From NCBI GenBank assembly GCA_038087875.1, contig CM075993.1:12030001-12094000 (forward strand): a DNA stretch of 64,000 nt. Reading direction: 5' to 3'. Position 1 is the stretch's first letter; every line of letters begins with the position of its first letter. The notes below the pieces were generated by a model that saw only the letters and a list, made by a program, of their open reading frames with translations, had not been told where the DNA came from and searched no databases. Source of the stretch: Malacoraja senta. Taxonomy: Eukaryota. Position numbers and translations under genes: made by a program. Of this stretch, positions 1 through 13,645 are shown one piece after another.

Positions 1-127
1 TTTTGACTATTCTGATCAAGAGTAAATAACACCATCCTTTAGAAGAGGCTGGAAAGGGAGACTTCCATTCAAATGTATTTCCCCCACAGCCAATAGAGGA
101 AATTCAAACTTCTCTACGGAGGATAGT

Positions 128-366
128 ACAACAATCTACCATAGCTACCGTAATGTCAGGAGAAATAGGTGAGTACACATGTGCGAGCACAATGAACAAG
201 ATCTACCATAGCAGGCATAATGTCAGGAGAAATAGGTGTGTGCATATGCACGCACACACGCATACACACAATGAACAACAGATCTACATTAGCTAGCATG
301 TCAGGAGAAATTGGTGTGTATATGCGCACGCATGTGCACATGCAAACGCGCGCACACACACACATA
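128..366. repeat. Three imperfect tandem units (ATCTAC..TAGC..ATGTCAGGAGAAAT.GGTG) with CA/TG microsatellite spacers
   Basis: ATGTCAGGAGAAAT recurs at about 153, 220 and 298. Confidence 0.8.
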
Positions 367-475
367 GACATGGACAAAAGGAATCATTTCCCAAACACAT
401 ATTGCTTTTACAATAATTTTAGCAAGAACCAAGCTTAGCTTTAAAACGGAGAGAGCTTTGCGTATTTGGGATTAC

Positions 476-535
476 CTGTAAACTAAGTTCTGCCAACGTA
501 ACACCAACAGAAATAGGGCTCGAGGCATCTGTAAT
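476..535 (-). CDS. VPS13C: VPS13C exon 9 (ITDASSPISVGVTLAELSLQ); gene continues beyond the window start
   Basis: TTTCAG| acceptor, |GTAAT donor, 60 nt, phase 0-0; contains the GVTLxELSL motif. Confidence 0.94.
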
Positions 536-711
536 CTGAAAAATTAAGAACAAACCAAAATCAACAACTTTCCCTTTCCCAATAAATGTTTGGGCATTCA
601 AGTAATAATGAAACAGATTACCAACCTAACATTTGTATTTTCAATGTTTGAACGACAAACTAGTAAAATTCCAAAAGATAAACTTCCAACCAAATATACA
701 TGTCTACTTAC

Positions 712-821
712 AGCATCTTCATATCTTATATGAATGCTCGTTATTTTGATTTGCAGGTTTTTAATAATCTGTGTTGCAAGTTTTTCTCCAAAGGTATCTT
801 TTTTCTCTTCCTTTTCTTTGC
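712..821 (-). CDS. VPS13C: VPS13C exon 8 (GKEKEEKKDTFGEKLATQIIKNLQIKITSIHIRYEDA)
   Basis: TTTCTAAG| acceptor, |GTAAGT donor, 110 nt; contains the conserved IHIRYED motif. Confidence 0.96.
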
Positions 822-1526
822 CTTAGAAATAAATAAATAAAAATAAAGACACTCTGATTCAGAAATTCTACTTTGAGTCTCAGAATTTCTGAGTGAATTA
901 TTAAGGTGATGGGGAAATCCTGAGACATGACTTTAGATATTCACATTTTGTATATCAGGTAGCTGTGTGTTTGGCATTGTCACATCCCCATGTTGTGGGC
1001 AGAAATGGTACCTGTTTTACCAACTCAAATTCGAATGCATATGCCTGAAGTGCACCAACTCGCACCCCTCCCCAAACAATGCGGGTGCATGCTGTGAGGG
1101 AAAGGAACAATGCAGATCTTGCACCTTATGCTGCTTTGAGCACTGTGCAATACCCACCTCCAATGCAGAATGGAGCTGCTGCATTCTTCCATGACCAATG
1201 GACCAGGCACCTCAGCCAAGCAATTTTACTATACAGCCACTTAACCAACCCTGTTATACTCCTGCTATCTTCATCATTAGAAACAGGACCTGATAATAAA
1301 ACTTGTTAAAATGTCTTCACTTTTATTACTGAATAAACTTAGTTTTAACTAAACCGTCTCTTTTTCATGGCTCTATGTTTGAGCCCACATCACCTTGAAA
1401 AGTAAAGTAATTTGGCAGCAAATTCTTCAGTATTTTGATGTACCAATATAACATCAAAAACATGAGATTGTTTTGCTGTTGTACACTATCCAAATACAAC
1501 ATAATACTTCTGAAACTAAATACTTA

Positions 1527-1908
1527 TAGAAACGTACAAAATTCGTATGGGGTTGGACAGGCTAGATGCAGGAAGATTGTTCCCGATGTTGGGGAAGTCC
1601 AGGACAAGGGGTCACAGCTTAAGGATAAGGGGGAAATCCTTTAAGACCGAGATAAGAAAAAACATTTTCACACAGAGAGTGGTGAATCTCTGGAACTCTC
1701 TGCCAGAGGGTAGTTGAGGCCAGTTCATTGGCTATATTTAAGAGGGAGTTAGATGTGGCCCTTGTGGCTAAAGGGATCAGGGGGTATGGAGAGAAGGCAG
1801 GTACAGGATACTGAGTTGGATGATCAGCCATGATCATATTGAATGGCGGTGCAGGCTCGAAGTGCCGAATGGCCTACTCCTGCACCTATTTTCTATGTAT
1901 CTATGTAT
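1527..1908 (+). mobile_element. CR1 3' fragment
   Basis: Near-identical to the 3' end of the 11865-13090 element; TTTCTATG tail. Confidence 0.9.
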
Positions 1909-4665
1909 GTAAATAACGGAGAAGTCCATTGTATCTTTCAATCGTATTGAACTGGCTTTAATTCATCCTTAATTGACCTCAAACCTTTAGAATAAATTCA
2001 GTACCAGGAGCTCTCCTCATGATTATTGGCAAACTTGTCCGTTCTTTTAAAGAGATGAACAATGCATAAATAAATGTAGGACACGTAAAGCTAATTCCAA
2101 AGACCTGCAGGTTAATAGGTTAATTGGCTTCTGTAAATTGTCCCTAGTGTGTCCCTAGAGAACAAGTGATCAGGTGATTATTGGTCGGCGCAGACTTGGT
2201 TGGCCGAAGGACCTGTTTCCACGCTGTATCTCTGAACTAAACTAATGCTTTAAGGTGCTTAATAGAAATGCTTAATATCATATGCTACTTATTAAATGGA
2301 ATGTAATTAAAATAAATTGAATTCACTTGAGAGTAGATCATTTTAATCAACTCAAAGCAGGTTAAAACTCTTTTTTTCGTTTATTCGGGTCCTATTATTC
2401 AAGGTAATATTGCAATGCATATTCATTATCCAGGCTCAAAAGGCTTATTGCTGTCTGCAGTTTTCTAGTACAGCAGCAGAAATTGCCCATTGCTCAAAAA
2501 ACTAATTGTTAATTAAGTTAGGTGTCTGAGCAATACACTGTGCTTATCATCTTGACATCAAGAGAAACAATACTGACGATAACATCCTAAGAGGATGACC
2601 CACTTGTTCCAAAAACTGATAAATGAGAATTATTGAGTCCACAGTAACCTTATCCAGATTGTGGTAGGACACACATTGACTTGGTTGAGACAGGCTATCC
2701 ACTTGGCCGTATCAATGTAGTTGCAAAACAGTACACGTAAATGATGTCAACTAGTAGAAAAAGCAGTATAAATGTTTGATGACAGTGAGGGAGGGGCAGC
2801 ACTTACGGAGAAAAGATGCAGAATCCACTCCTCAGTCAGTTTGTTCTTGACTTGTTCACCTACTAAATGTTGCTACAATTTTCTAATATTGTAAGCATTG
2901 TACTTGTGTTTTGGAAATCCTTCGTAAAATATAACCTCTGTAGAAACTCTTGAGAATTAAATGTCCTTCATTTTTTAAATATAACTGTGTTTAAACTGCT
3001 TTGTAAGTCGGAAATATCTCCTCCTTTGTGGGAGAGGGGGACCCACCGCTCAAAATAGTGATCATTGACAGCTAAACCCATTCAGAGAAGGAACTAAATA
3101 GAAATAAATTAATCTTGGTTGTTGCAGCATAATCTCGCCAGAGTGAGGGAACTTACTCTTAAGGCTTAAAGTTTAGTTTAGAGATAAAGCGTGGAAACGC
3201 TTGTTCTATCCTACACCCCAAGGACTATTTACAGAAGCCAATTAACCTACAAACCCACACGTCTTTAAAATGTGGGAGGAAACCAGAGCACCCGGAGAAA
3301 ACCAACGCGGTCATAGGGAGAACGTGCAAACTCCATACAGACAGCACCCACAGTCATGATCGAACCCGTGTCTCTGGCACTGTAAGGCAGGACCTGTACC
3401 ACTGCGCCACCCTGCCACTGATGACTTGACTTAAGTTTTGGACTCTAGAAGGGAAACACTCAATATCATCACATTAGGTCAAACAATTATGGCCCAAAAT
3501 CAACAACCCTTTCACAGGAAAGCATTTGAAAGATTAAGCACACAAAATTGAAACCGAAGGTTTAAATGGGCAGCAAAGTGGCGCAGTAGGGCTGCTGAGA
3601 TCCTGAAATGAGATCCTGGCACGTGGCAATTGCAATCATCACTTGGTGAACCAGATGCCAATCCAACGGATTTCTCAGTTGTCAGTCAGCAATTGAATGG
3701 AGTTTTACTGTAGAAAGTGACAATTTGGCAATGGCGATAAATAGGTTTAACAATAATAAGTTCAATACAATGTGTACTCCTCTCTCCTTCCCTTCTGCAA
3801 TCCAAGAAAATGGTCTGCAACAGAGACTGGTCACATCTTCAACATGGTTACACTTTGACAAATAAATCTCTGGAGTAAGGTATGTCACTCTCTCCATTTC
3901 AATCACCAATCACTGAACTGTCAGTAAAATATCAACTGAAGTAATATTAGCCCCGACTTCAAGTGTGTCCTGGTTCACACAAGGTTTCATAATTCCACTT
4001 CATTCTCTCCAAATTCACCCCATCTCTTCTCCAATAATTAGTCATTATCCAGTTCCCTTCTGTATTTCAAAAAAAATGTATTGTACTCATAAAACAACAA
4101 ATATCTTTTCCTCCAGTTCTTCATTTAGTCCATTGACTCTATGCCTACTCACAGAGTAACCCATTCAATCCAACTCCCCACTTATATCCCTGTAACCTAT
4201 TCCCTCACACATACCCATCAACTCCCCCCAACTCCCCAGGTCTCCTACCATCCACTATACAGTAGATTAATTGTGTGGCAAATAACCTACTAAACAGGTT
4301 TGGGAAGCGGAAGGAAACTAGAGGAAACCATTGCGATCACAAGAGAATAAGCAAATTACACATAAAGGCCAGAATCGAATGCAGGTTTCGGGAGCACGAA
4401 GTAGCAGCGCTACTTGCCGAGCCACTGACAACACTTACCGTGCTACCATTCTCTTACATCATATGTTTCTACTATTAAAAATTAAAAATTAACAGGAGAA
4501 ATAATTAAAAATACAATAAATTTTTACAAGACTCGACTCGAAAGCAAACTAAATTAGATTTTCTACACCTACCATTACATAAATGATAACATGCCAGCAA
4601 TTCCCACTAAGAGCTAAATACAGCAAGCAGGATATTTATGAAGCAACATTAAAATTGTCACATAC

Positions 4666-4725
4666 CTTTGGAACGTCCTTTTGCTGATTTCTTAAAATAC
4701 CTTTTGGACTTTTTATGTTTGCGTC
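4666..4725 (-). CDS. VPS13C: VPS13C exon 7, probable cassette exon, basic (GRKHKKSKRYFKKSAKGRSK/G)
   Basis: 60 nt, phase 1-1, AAAAAG| acceptor, |GTATGT donor; resembles the recalled human segment GRKRKKHKKHFKKPFKGLDRSK; not in the ORF track. Confidence 0.88.
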
Positions 4726-6904
4726 CTTTTTAATGCAAGCAAGCAAAATGTATAGGAAAGAGGAGATAGAGATGTTAGTAAGAGCAGTGACCTGACCACT
4801 GACACAGGAGTGTTAGAAAATACACGCAAGCAAAATGTGATTTATTGAGAAAAGGCAAAAAAGTACCAAAGTGCACCCACAGAAAGCCCATTCAGTCACG
4901 GGGAGAACATGCAAACTCCATACAGACAGCAACCGTAGTCAAGATCGAACCGCGCTGTATGGCAGCAACTCTACCGCTGTGCCACTATGCTGTCAGTTGA
5001 TACGACAATTGCTTTACCTAAGACCACAAGAAACTACAGTGACAAACCATCAGGCAAACCAGCCTCCAACCACCCCCCCCTCCCCCCACCCCATTGACTC
5101 TAACGACACTTCACACTGCCAAGAGAAAGCAGTTAAGTTAATCAAAGACCACTCACACCTCTATCTCCTCCCACACTCCCTCTTCTCCCCTGTCCCATCA
5201 GGCAGAAAATACAGACTCTTGTTATCAACCTCTTGAACGAACCTATCATTTGCTGAGGATGCATTACCAATCTAGCTCATTGCAGCCCTTCCACTTTATA
5301 TCTTCACTTTCTCTGTATCTGTAACACTGTATATTGCATTGTTTCATTTATCATTTTGCACTACTAATTGTACTTGTGGTTTAAATGTACCCGTGTATGG
5401 TATGAGTTGCCTGGGTAGTACAAAAAATATTTTTTCCACAGTATCTCAGCAATGTGTAAAACAAAAATGATACCAATAGAAGCTCGAAAACAAAGCATTG
5501 GAGAAAACAAGCATTGAGTGTAATTGCATTCTATTAGGAGAGTGGAAAGTAGAGAGGTGCACAAAACCAAGTGGCAATGAAAGCTAAAGAAGTCATTTAG
5601 GAACCTTAATACCTGCAGTATGTCCTGGTTTGTCATAAAATATCAAATTAGAACTCAACCTATTTTCCACAACATTCAACAACATTGGATGGTCAAACAT
5701 TTACAGCAGTTTAATTTCAAGCGTATTACTAAATTTTCAGGAAATCCATGACAATTGTGAAGATCAGAGTACAAATGAATAATAATGTCTGCACATTTCT
5801 CAACTCGGGCCACTCACCTACTGCTTGTGACAAGATGCCATTATCTACTCGACCAGACGTAGCCACAGCACTTCCCTTCAACTGAAAGTTAATTTGGTAA
5901 ACCCTAATCTAAATACAAACTAAGATTAGTTCACTGACATCTACAATGCCCACAACTGCTTAGTTCAGGTACCACCTTAGCCCTGAAATGTCTTTTATTA
6001 GGCCAACAGGGTTTCTCTTCTTTCAATGTTGTTTCATAAATCGGCCGAGACTGCAAGCAAACCACTCATCAGAATCTATCCCTTGGGAATTTCTATTTAT
6101 AAAAGCATATGCCTGGATGAACACTACTGATCAGGGAGAATATCACAGCTACACTTAGAGAGGACAATGTAGAATGTTGAATGAAAATATACAAATATAC
6201 AATGAAAATATGTTTGCAGATGACACTAAAGGTGGTGGTATTGTAGATAGCGAAGATAGTTATCAACAATTACTACACAATCTTGATCTGTTGTGCAAGT
6301 GGCTGAGGAATGGTTCAATGCAGATAAGTGAAGGGTACTGCATTTTTGGAAGCCTAACCTGGGCATGGAAGACTTTATCAAATCTACATGTAGACAAAAT
6401 CCATGTGGACAATATCCACTGCCCACCCCTCATCGATCACCTTTGCCACCTCCTCAAAAACGTTATCAAGTTAGTAAGACACAACCTGTCTTGTTAGTAC
6501 AACGTGTACAAGGCCATGCTGACTGTCCATAATTCAAACCCATTCTCTTCCAAATGGGTTTAAATCCTATCCCGAAGAATCATCTCCAATAGTTTCCCGA
6601 CCACTGACCGGCTCACCGGCCTACAATTCCCTGCATTCTCTGTACTTCCCCCTAAATAAAGGAACAACATAGCTGCTCCGGGACCTCACCCGTGGCTAGA
6701 GACGACAAAAATATCTTTGTCAAGGCTCCCACAATCTCCTCTCTTGGATATCCTGGGATAAATCCCATCAGGTCCAGGAGATTTATCCACCCGAATGCAC
6801 TTCAAGAGCCCCAATACCTCTTCCCTCTTCTTAATCCCAAACTGCCCTTGCAATTTAATATTCTCCACACTGATCTCACAGTCTGCCATGTCCACGTCCT
6901 ATGC

Positions 6905-7230
6905 AAAGTATTTCGCTTCGGCAGCTTACAGCCCAGTGGTATGAATATTGATTTATCTCACGTCAGGTAGCCCCGGCATTCCCTCTCTCTCTATCCCTCC
7001 CCCACCCAAGTCGCACTAGCTTCTCATTTTCACCCTACAAACATCTTACAATGGCCTGTTTCCTTTATCATCATTACTTTTTTGCATATCTTTCATTCAT
7101 TGTTCTTTATCTCTCCACATCACCGTCTATATCTCTCGTTTCACTTATCCCTAACCAGTCTGAAGAAGGGTCTCGACCCGAAACATCACCCATTCCTTCT
7201 CTCCAGAGATGCTGCCTGTTACTCCAGCTT
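6905..7230 (+). mobile_element. Penelope-like 3' fragment
   Basis: FRFGSLQPSGMNID end, then 3' UTR and hammerhead motif at 7160. Confidence 0.75.
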
Positions 7231-8089
7231 GTACTTGTTTAATACCTCACCTATGCCCCCAACCCCAAGCACAAATCCTGCCCTTTATCCTGAGCGGTTC
7301 TACCTTTTCCACAGTTATCCTCTTGTATAAAAAGCACTGGCATATTCTTTAATCCAACTCATCAAAGCCATTTCGTGGCCCCCTTTTGGCCCTTCTAATC
7401 ACCTGCTTGAGATCTTTTCGCTTTTCTTTATATTCTTCAAATATAAATTCTTCAAATAGTCTGATTCCAACCTTTTAAATACTGCATAAGCTTCCTTTTT
7501 TCTTTTAGACTAAGCATGTACTTCCTTATTCTTTTTGACTTATGTTAATGTTAATCACCTTGGGCAGCAAAGCACCTCAGTTTGAAGTATTCAGTGGGCT
7601 AACACATAATACCTTTGGGGACTTCTATCATCCTTCACATGAAGCAGTATATGTAAACTTCTCTCCTGCAGAACTGGGTCTGATTTTAAATGTTCTTTCC
7701 TTTAGTACCTACTTTGGCATCAAAGTTTTTTCCAACCATCTTCTTCCAAGATATTAAAAAATGTGAATTAAGATTGCCTATTAACAACCTGTATTCCACT
7801 CTTCAGACGTCCTCCATGGAATCCGAGTGACATAGCAAATCCTACATCTTCTGCAGGAAGAATCCCACTGTTGTCTAATCAGTGTTTTATACAATTACCG
7901 AAATTAGCTTCTCTATTAAATTAGAAATTAACCCTCAAAGGCTTCTCTTGACAAAAAAGTTAATAATAGAGCAAAGTTTTTGAATATTTGTTGATTATGC
8001 ATTTGAAGAATTAAGAGCATACAGACTTGCAAATATTTATCCTTTTTTCTTGGGTATATTAGAACAAAGCAATGCACTGAAAAACCTAC

Positions 8090-8152
8090 CAGGTTTGGTA
8101 TCCTTACAAACGTAGTTTTCCAGGGAAAACAAGAACTCTCCAGAAGCCGCAC
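8090..8152 (-). CDS. VPS13C: VPS13C exon 6, probable cassette exon (GAASGEFLFSLENYVCKDTKP/G)
   Basis: 63 nt, phase 1-1, GAAG| acceptor, |GTAGGT donor; matches the recalled human segment GTHSGEFIYGLENFVYKDIKPG, which is specific to VPS13C. Confidence 0.92.
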
Positions 8153-11100
8153 CTTCATCCAGGATGCAGCGATAACAATAAACAATAGGGAGACAGTATT
8201 TACAGTTGAACACAATCTGAAGACATATTAACCAGATTTTCAAGTTTCGATAGTCAACATCGTTACACTTTGAAGCAGCATGCAGCGCCAATATTTTAAA
8301 ACAACATTTTCAGGAGAGAAATCTTCCAGTGGTCTTGCTGCAAACTGTCATACAAACCAAAGATTGAATTAGTTTCTTGCTGATACCTCTGGAGGATGAT
8401 ATAGTTAGATCAGAGGTGGACCAACTTTGTTGATTCAGCTCTGATGGCCAAGCAATCTGGATAACAGTCAGGACCACTGGTGACCATGACCTCGAACCAG
8501 TTATAAGCAAAAGGAGGGACAAGGAGAAACAGAAGAACATAATGGTGGCACTGTGCAAGAGTAACATCTTGACAAGCCAGTGTACCTCCTATATCAGAAA
8601 CAGTTCATGATAATTAAGAACAAAGGAAATGTTTTAAAAGTTTGCTTTCTATTACTTACAGTTTTAAATTCCCTTTAAAAATAAAAAAAAAATGGTTAAT
8701 AAATCATCTTGAAGTTAAGGTATTATATTAACCGTGCAAAGTGTAGCAATTCGGTATTATTCTATGACATTTCATGCTGTCATTAACCCCACCAAAATAA
8801 CAAACCAAGAAGGGGCTTCTCTCCATCTTAGAACCATCCGCAAATCAGTAACTGCTTTAAAATACAGAGCAGGATTTATTCAAAGACAAAAAATTAGCCT
8901 AACCTATGAATACTTTATACTTCTGAATTCAAATTAATTGCACCCTTGGACAATTTGATTTGATGTTTACATTGATGGTTAATCCAGTAATTTTAATCCA
9001 AATATTTATATAACCATATAACAATTACAGCACGGAAACAGGCCATCTCGGCCCTTCTAGTCCGTGCCGAACACTTACTCTCACCTAGTCCCATCTACCT
9101 GCACTCAGACCATAACCCTCCATTCCTTTTCCGTCCATATACCTATCCAATTTATTTTTAAATGATAAAAACGAACCTGCCTTCACCACTTCCACTGGAA
9201 GCTCATTCCACACAGCTACCACTCTCTGAGTAAAGACGTTCCCCCTCGTGTTACCCCTAAACTTTTATCCCTTAATTCTCAAATCATGTCCTCTTGTTTG
9301 AATCTTCCCTACTCTCAATGGAAAAAGCTTATCCACGTCAACTCTGTCTATCCCTCTCATAATTTTAAAGACCTCTATCAAGTCCTCCCTTAACCTTCTG
9401 CGCTCCAAAGAATAAAGACCTATCATTTGATCATGCAAAATTAAATTGAACCATCAGCAATGGATTTAGAAGTTACAAAAAACAGTAGAATGTGCCTTCA
9501 GAACCAACATAATGAAACTGGTTCAGCATAATCATCCTGGAGAAATAGATAATATATAGCCAATAGCATCAAGTAAGTTGGCCAGAAATTGGTAAGTTAG
9601 AAAATAAACATTAATTTGCCATTTATGAAAACAATGGGAAGTCCAGGGTTATCCATTTTACTTCCACATCGAAGAATGCTTCACAGCATAAAGACCAGTG
9701 TTAAGTCACAGTTCATTAATAAAATCAATTCAAATAGACTGAAATTTGCATGACCATTCCACCTCTGACCAAAGGCACATTTAGGAATGATGGCTGCAAG
9801 CACTATGATTCATTAATACATAAGCTAAACTATGTGTACTTGTGATGTTGCAGTAGATATGAGGAAAGAGATACAAATACAAGTGTTCCTCCCAGCGGGA
9901 AACACAATGCATAAAACTTTAATCATTCCTTTCTCACAGCTTGATCAAGCTATTGGGGATTGTCTAGCCGTAGAAAACGGCTTCTCAGCCCACCTTGTCC
10001 TTGCCAACAATTAAGTACCCATCTATATTAATCTCAGCACTTATTCCAAAACCTTTTATGCCTTGATGATTCAAATAGTTGTCTAGATATTTGATCAATT
10101 TTGCAAGAGTCTGTCAGGCAGTGAGCAACCACCACCCTATAGTTGAAAGAATTCATAAGTCATGGGAGCAGAATATGGACATTCGGCTTATCAAGTCTAT
10201 TCTGCAATTCAATTATGGCTGATATATCTTTCCCTCTCAACCACATTCTCCTGCTTTTTCCCCCAACTCATGACACACATACTAATCAAGACTGACTTGA
10301 TTTGGTTCAAGTCAATAGCTCTGACTTAGCTTCCACAGCTGTCTTTGGCAATAAATTCCACAGATTCAAGACACTCAAACTCAAGAAATTCCTCCTCATC
10401 TCCTTTCTAAAGGTACATACTTTTATTCTGAGGCTATGACCTCTGGTCCCAGACTCTCCTCCTAGCAGAAACATCCTCTCCATATACACTCTATCCAGGC
10501 CTATTCTTCCTTTTATCCCCTCTACATCTCAAAGAACTTACCTTAAACCAATGACCTCTGACTATAGATAACTCTGATTTGGGGAAAATCTTCCTACTAT
10601 TCACAACTATCCTCTTGGCCTTCTCCGCAGCAAGGAAAACAAACCCAGTCGACCCAATGACATCCTAATCCTATGCAACGTCTTGTTGAATCTCCTCACA
10701 ACATTCGTATGAGCAATCACATTCTTTCCATACTAAATGACCAAAACTACACACAATATTCCAGATGTGCCCTCAGCAATTGTTTTAAACAGTTTATGTG
10801 CTATACCAGTTAATGATCAAAATATATCCCCAACAAATTACTATTTTGGTGTAACCTGCAAACTAACTGATTAAACCTCCTACATTAACAACAATTGCTA
10901 ATGCATACGGACAATAAGAGTTCATTTGTTTTGTAGGTGCACAAATATTAAAAGCTTTAATAAAAAATAATGATAAAAACTTTCCACTGAACTCAGTACA
11001 CGTGACAATAAACTAAACTAACTATTATAGAACATTTTGAATTGCAAAAAAAAGCCACTTGTTATTCTATTTATCTCATCAAATTCCTTGGACAGATATA

Positions 11101-11864
11101 CACAATAATAAAAATAATTGTGTTTTAAATTAGAAGGCAGGAGCAGCGCAAAAGAATAGCTCAACATCATGGTGGGCTCAGAACTCGTTGAGGTGTGGAC
11201 AAAAGTAATCCAAGTCTCACTTTGAGTCTGAAGAAGGTTCCCAATCCGAAATGTCACCTATCCATGTTCTCCCGAGATGATACCTGACCCTCTGAGCTAC
11301 TCCAGCACTGTGTCTTCTTGCATTTTAAATAATTCTTTCATCATGTTTGTGGAATGCTAAGATTTTTTTTAGATACCGTAGCTCCAATTACTTAGATTTA
11401 CTCAATAACAGTGCCGCAGGGATCTGGTAGGAGAATCCCAAAATGCTGAAAGATTTGTTCGGAAATGTAGAAGTTGTCAAAGATTGAAAGTGAACACAGC
11501 GCTTCCATTCATTACTGACCAAGAGTTCATTCTTATCGAGGTGAACGGTCTTGCAGCACAAGATGGAAACTACAATGATGAGTTGGCTTGTTTATGGGTC
11601 AATGAGAAGGGACATCTCCTGCCATCAAGCTTCCTTGTTTTAGAGAATAAAGCATCTGGAGCTTGTTTAGACTCCAAAGCTTCCAATAGAATGACCACGG
11701 GAGAGACTGCAAAAAGGCGTGAAATATGGAATCTAAGCATTTTTACATTAAAAGAGTAATTCATGATCACTGCAATATCCTTGCCAAATGTTCAGCTTGT
11801 TATGTAGAAGGTCATAGAAACATGGAAACAGGCATTTCAGTCCATCAAGATCATAGATCATAGA

Positions 11865-13090
11865 TACATAGAAAATAGGTGCAGGAGTAGGCCATTCGGC
11901 CCTTCGAGCCTGCACCGCCATTCAATATGATCATGGCTGATCATCCAACTCAGTATCCTGTACCTGCCTTCTCTCCATACCCCCTGATCCCTTTAGCCAC
12001 AAGGGCCACATCTAACTCCCTCTTAAATATAGCCAATGAACTGGCCTCAACTACCCTCTGTGGCAGAGAGTTCCAGAGATTCACCACTCTCTGTGTGAAA
12101 AAGTTTTTTCTCATCTCGGTCTTAAAGGATTTCCCCCTTATCCTTAAGCTGTGACCCCTTGTCCTGGACTTCCCCAACATCGGGAACAATCTTCCTGCAT
12201 CTAGCCTGTCCAACCCCATAAGAATTTTGTACGTTTCTATAAGATCCCCTCTCAATCTCCTAAATTCTAGCGAGTATAAACCAAGTCTATCCAGTCTTTC
12301 TTCATATGAAAGTCCTGACATCCCAGGAATCAGTCTGGTGAACCTTCTCTGCACTCCCTCCATGGCTATAATGTCCTTCCTCAGATTTGGAGACCAAAAC
12401 TGTACGCAATACTCCAGGTGTGGTCTCACCAAGACCCTGTACAACTGCAGTAGAACCTCCCTGCTCCTATACTCAAATCGTTTTGCTATGAAAGCTGACA
12501 TACCATTCGCTTTCTTCACTGCCTGCTGCACCTGCATGCCTACTTTCAATGACTGGTGTACCATGACACCCAGGTCTCGTTGCATCTCCCCTTTTCCTAA
12601 TCGGCCACCATTTATATAATAGTCTACTTTCCTGTTTTTGCCACCAAAGTGGATAACCTCACATTTATCCACATTATACTGCATCTGCCATGTATTTGCC
12701 CACTCACCCAGCCTATCCAAGTCACCTTGCAGCCTCCTAGCATCCTTCTCACAGCTAAGACTACCTCCCAGCTTCGTGTCATCCGCAAACTTGGAGATGT
12801 TGCATTCAATTCCCTCGTCCAAATCATTAATATATATTGTAAATAGCTGGGGTCCCAGCACTGAGCCCTGTGGTACCCCACTAGTCACGGCCTGCCATTC
12901 TGAAAAGGACCCGTTTACTCCTACTCTTTGGTTCTCTATCCACATCAGCCAGTTCTCTATCCACATCATTACTGAACCCCCAATACTGTGTGCTTTAAGT
13001 TTATACACTAATCTCTTATGTGGGACCTTGTCGAAAGCCTTCTGAAAGTCCAGATATAACACATCCACTGGTTCTCCCTTATCCATTCCT
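11865..13090 (-). mobile_element. CR1-clade LINE 3' fragment (RT domain)
   Basis: ORF 11950..13086: [38 protein letters not shown]-type tail. Confidence 0.95.
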
Positions 13091-13516
13091 ATCTATTTTA
13101 TAATTTTGCAGATTGTACAATATCACAAGTTTTTTGACTCATGTGATCAGTGTCAAGTGCCCACTCTCTCTTAAATGTTAATTCCCTCTGGTCCAGATGA
13201 GCAGGAGATGAGCAGGAGAGGAGGGTGAAAAGACACTGATGGCAGAAGGAATGGGAAGCGTGTGGAGAGGTAGCGCAGGCAGTCCCGGGTCAGGTCTCAG
13301 CAGGTTGGGAAAAAATGGACGTTGGGTGGAGTGCAGGTTTTGAGAAGTTCACCTGCCATGCCGGCAGTTGATGGAACTCTCTCCAAGTCATGTGTTTCAG
13401 GATTGTGGTTTCCACCCAGGCCATTGTGACAGAGACTGAACCAGCAACCACACCTCCAGGATATCCGTTCTACAGATGCAGGTCAGGCAGCATCTTTGAA
13501 CGACATAAATAGGCAA

Positions 13517-13645
13517 GTCTGAAGAAGGGTCTCGACCTGAAACGTCACCAATTCCTTCTCTCCATAGATGCTGCCTGCCCCGCTGAGTTTCTCCAGCATT
13601 TTGTGTCTACCTTCGATATTACCAGCATCTGCAGTTCTTTCTTAA
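13517..13645 (+). mobile_element. 129-bp hammerhead-bearing short retroelement with 14-bp TSD
   Basis: ACATAAATAGGCAA at 13503-16 and 13646-59; the insert starts GTCTGAAGAAGGGTCTCGACCTGAAACGTC. Confidence 0.85.

Noticed and set aside
2807..2859. Possible 53-nt cryptic exon on the minus strand (TAG|...|GTAAGT)
   Set aside because: No polypyrimidine tract, frameshifting, no recognisable VPS13C homology; would need RNA-seq support
11484..11759. 91-aa ORF in unique-looking sequence
   Set aside because: No recognisable motif or splice context; probably an ancient repeat remnant or chance ORF
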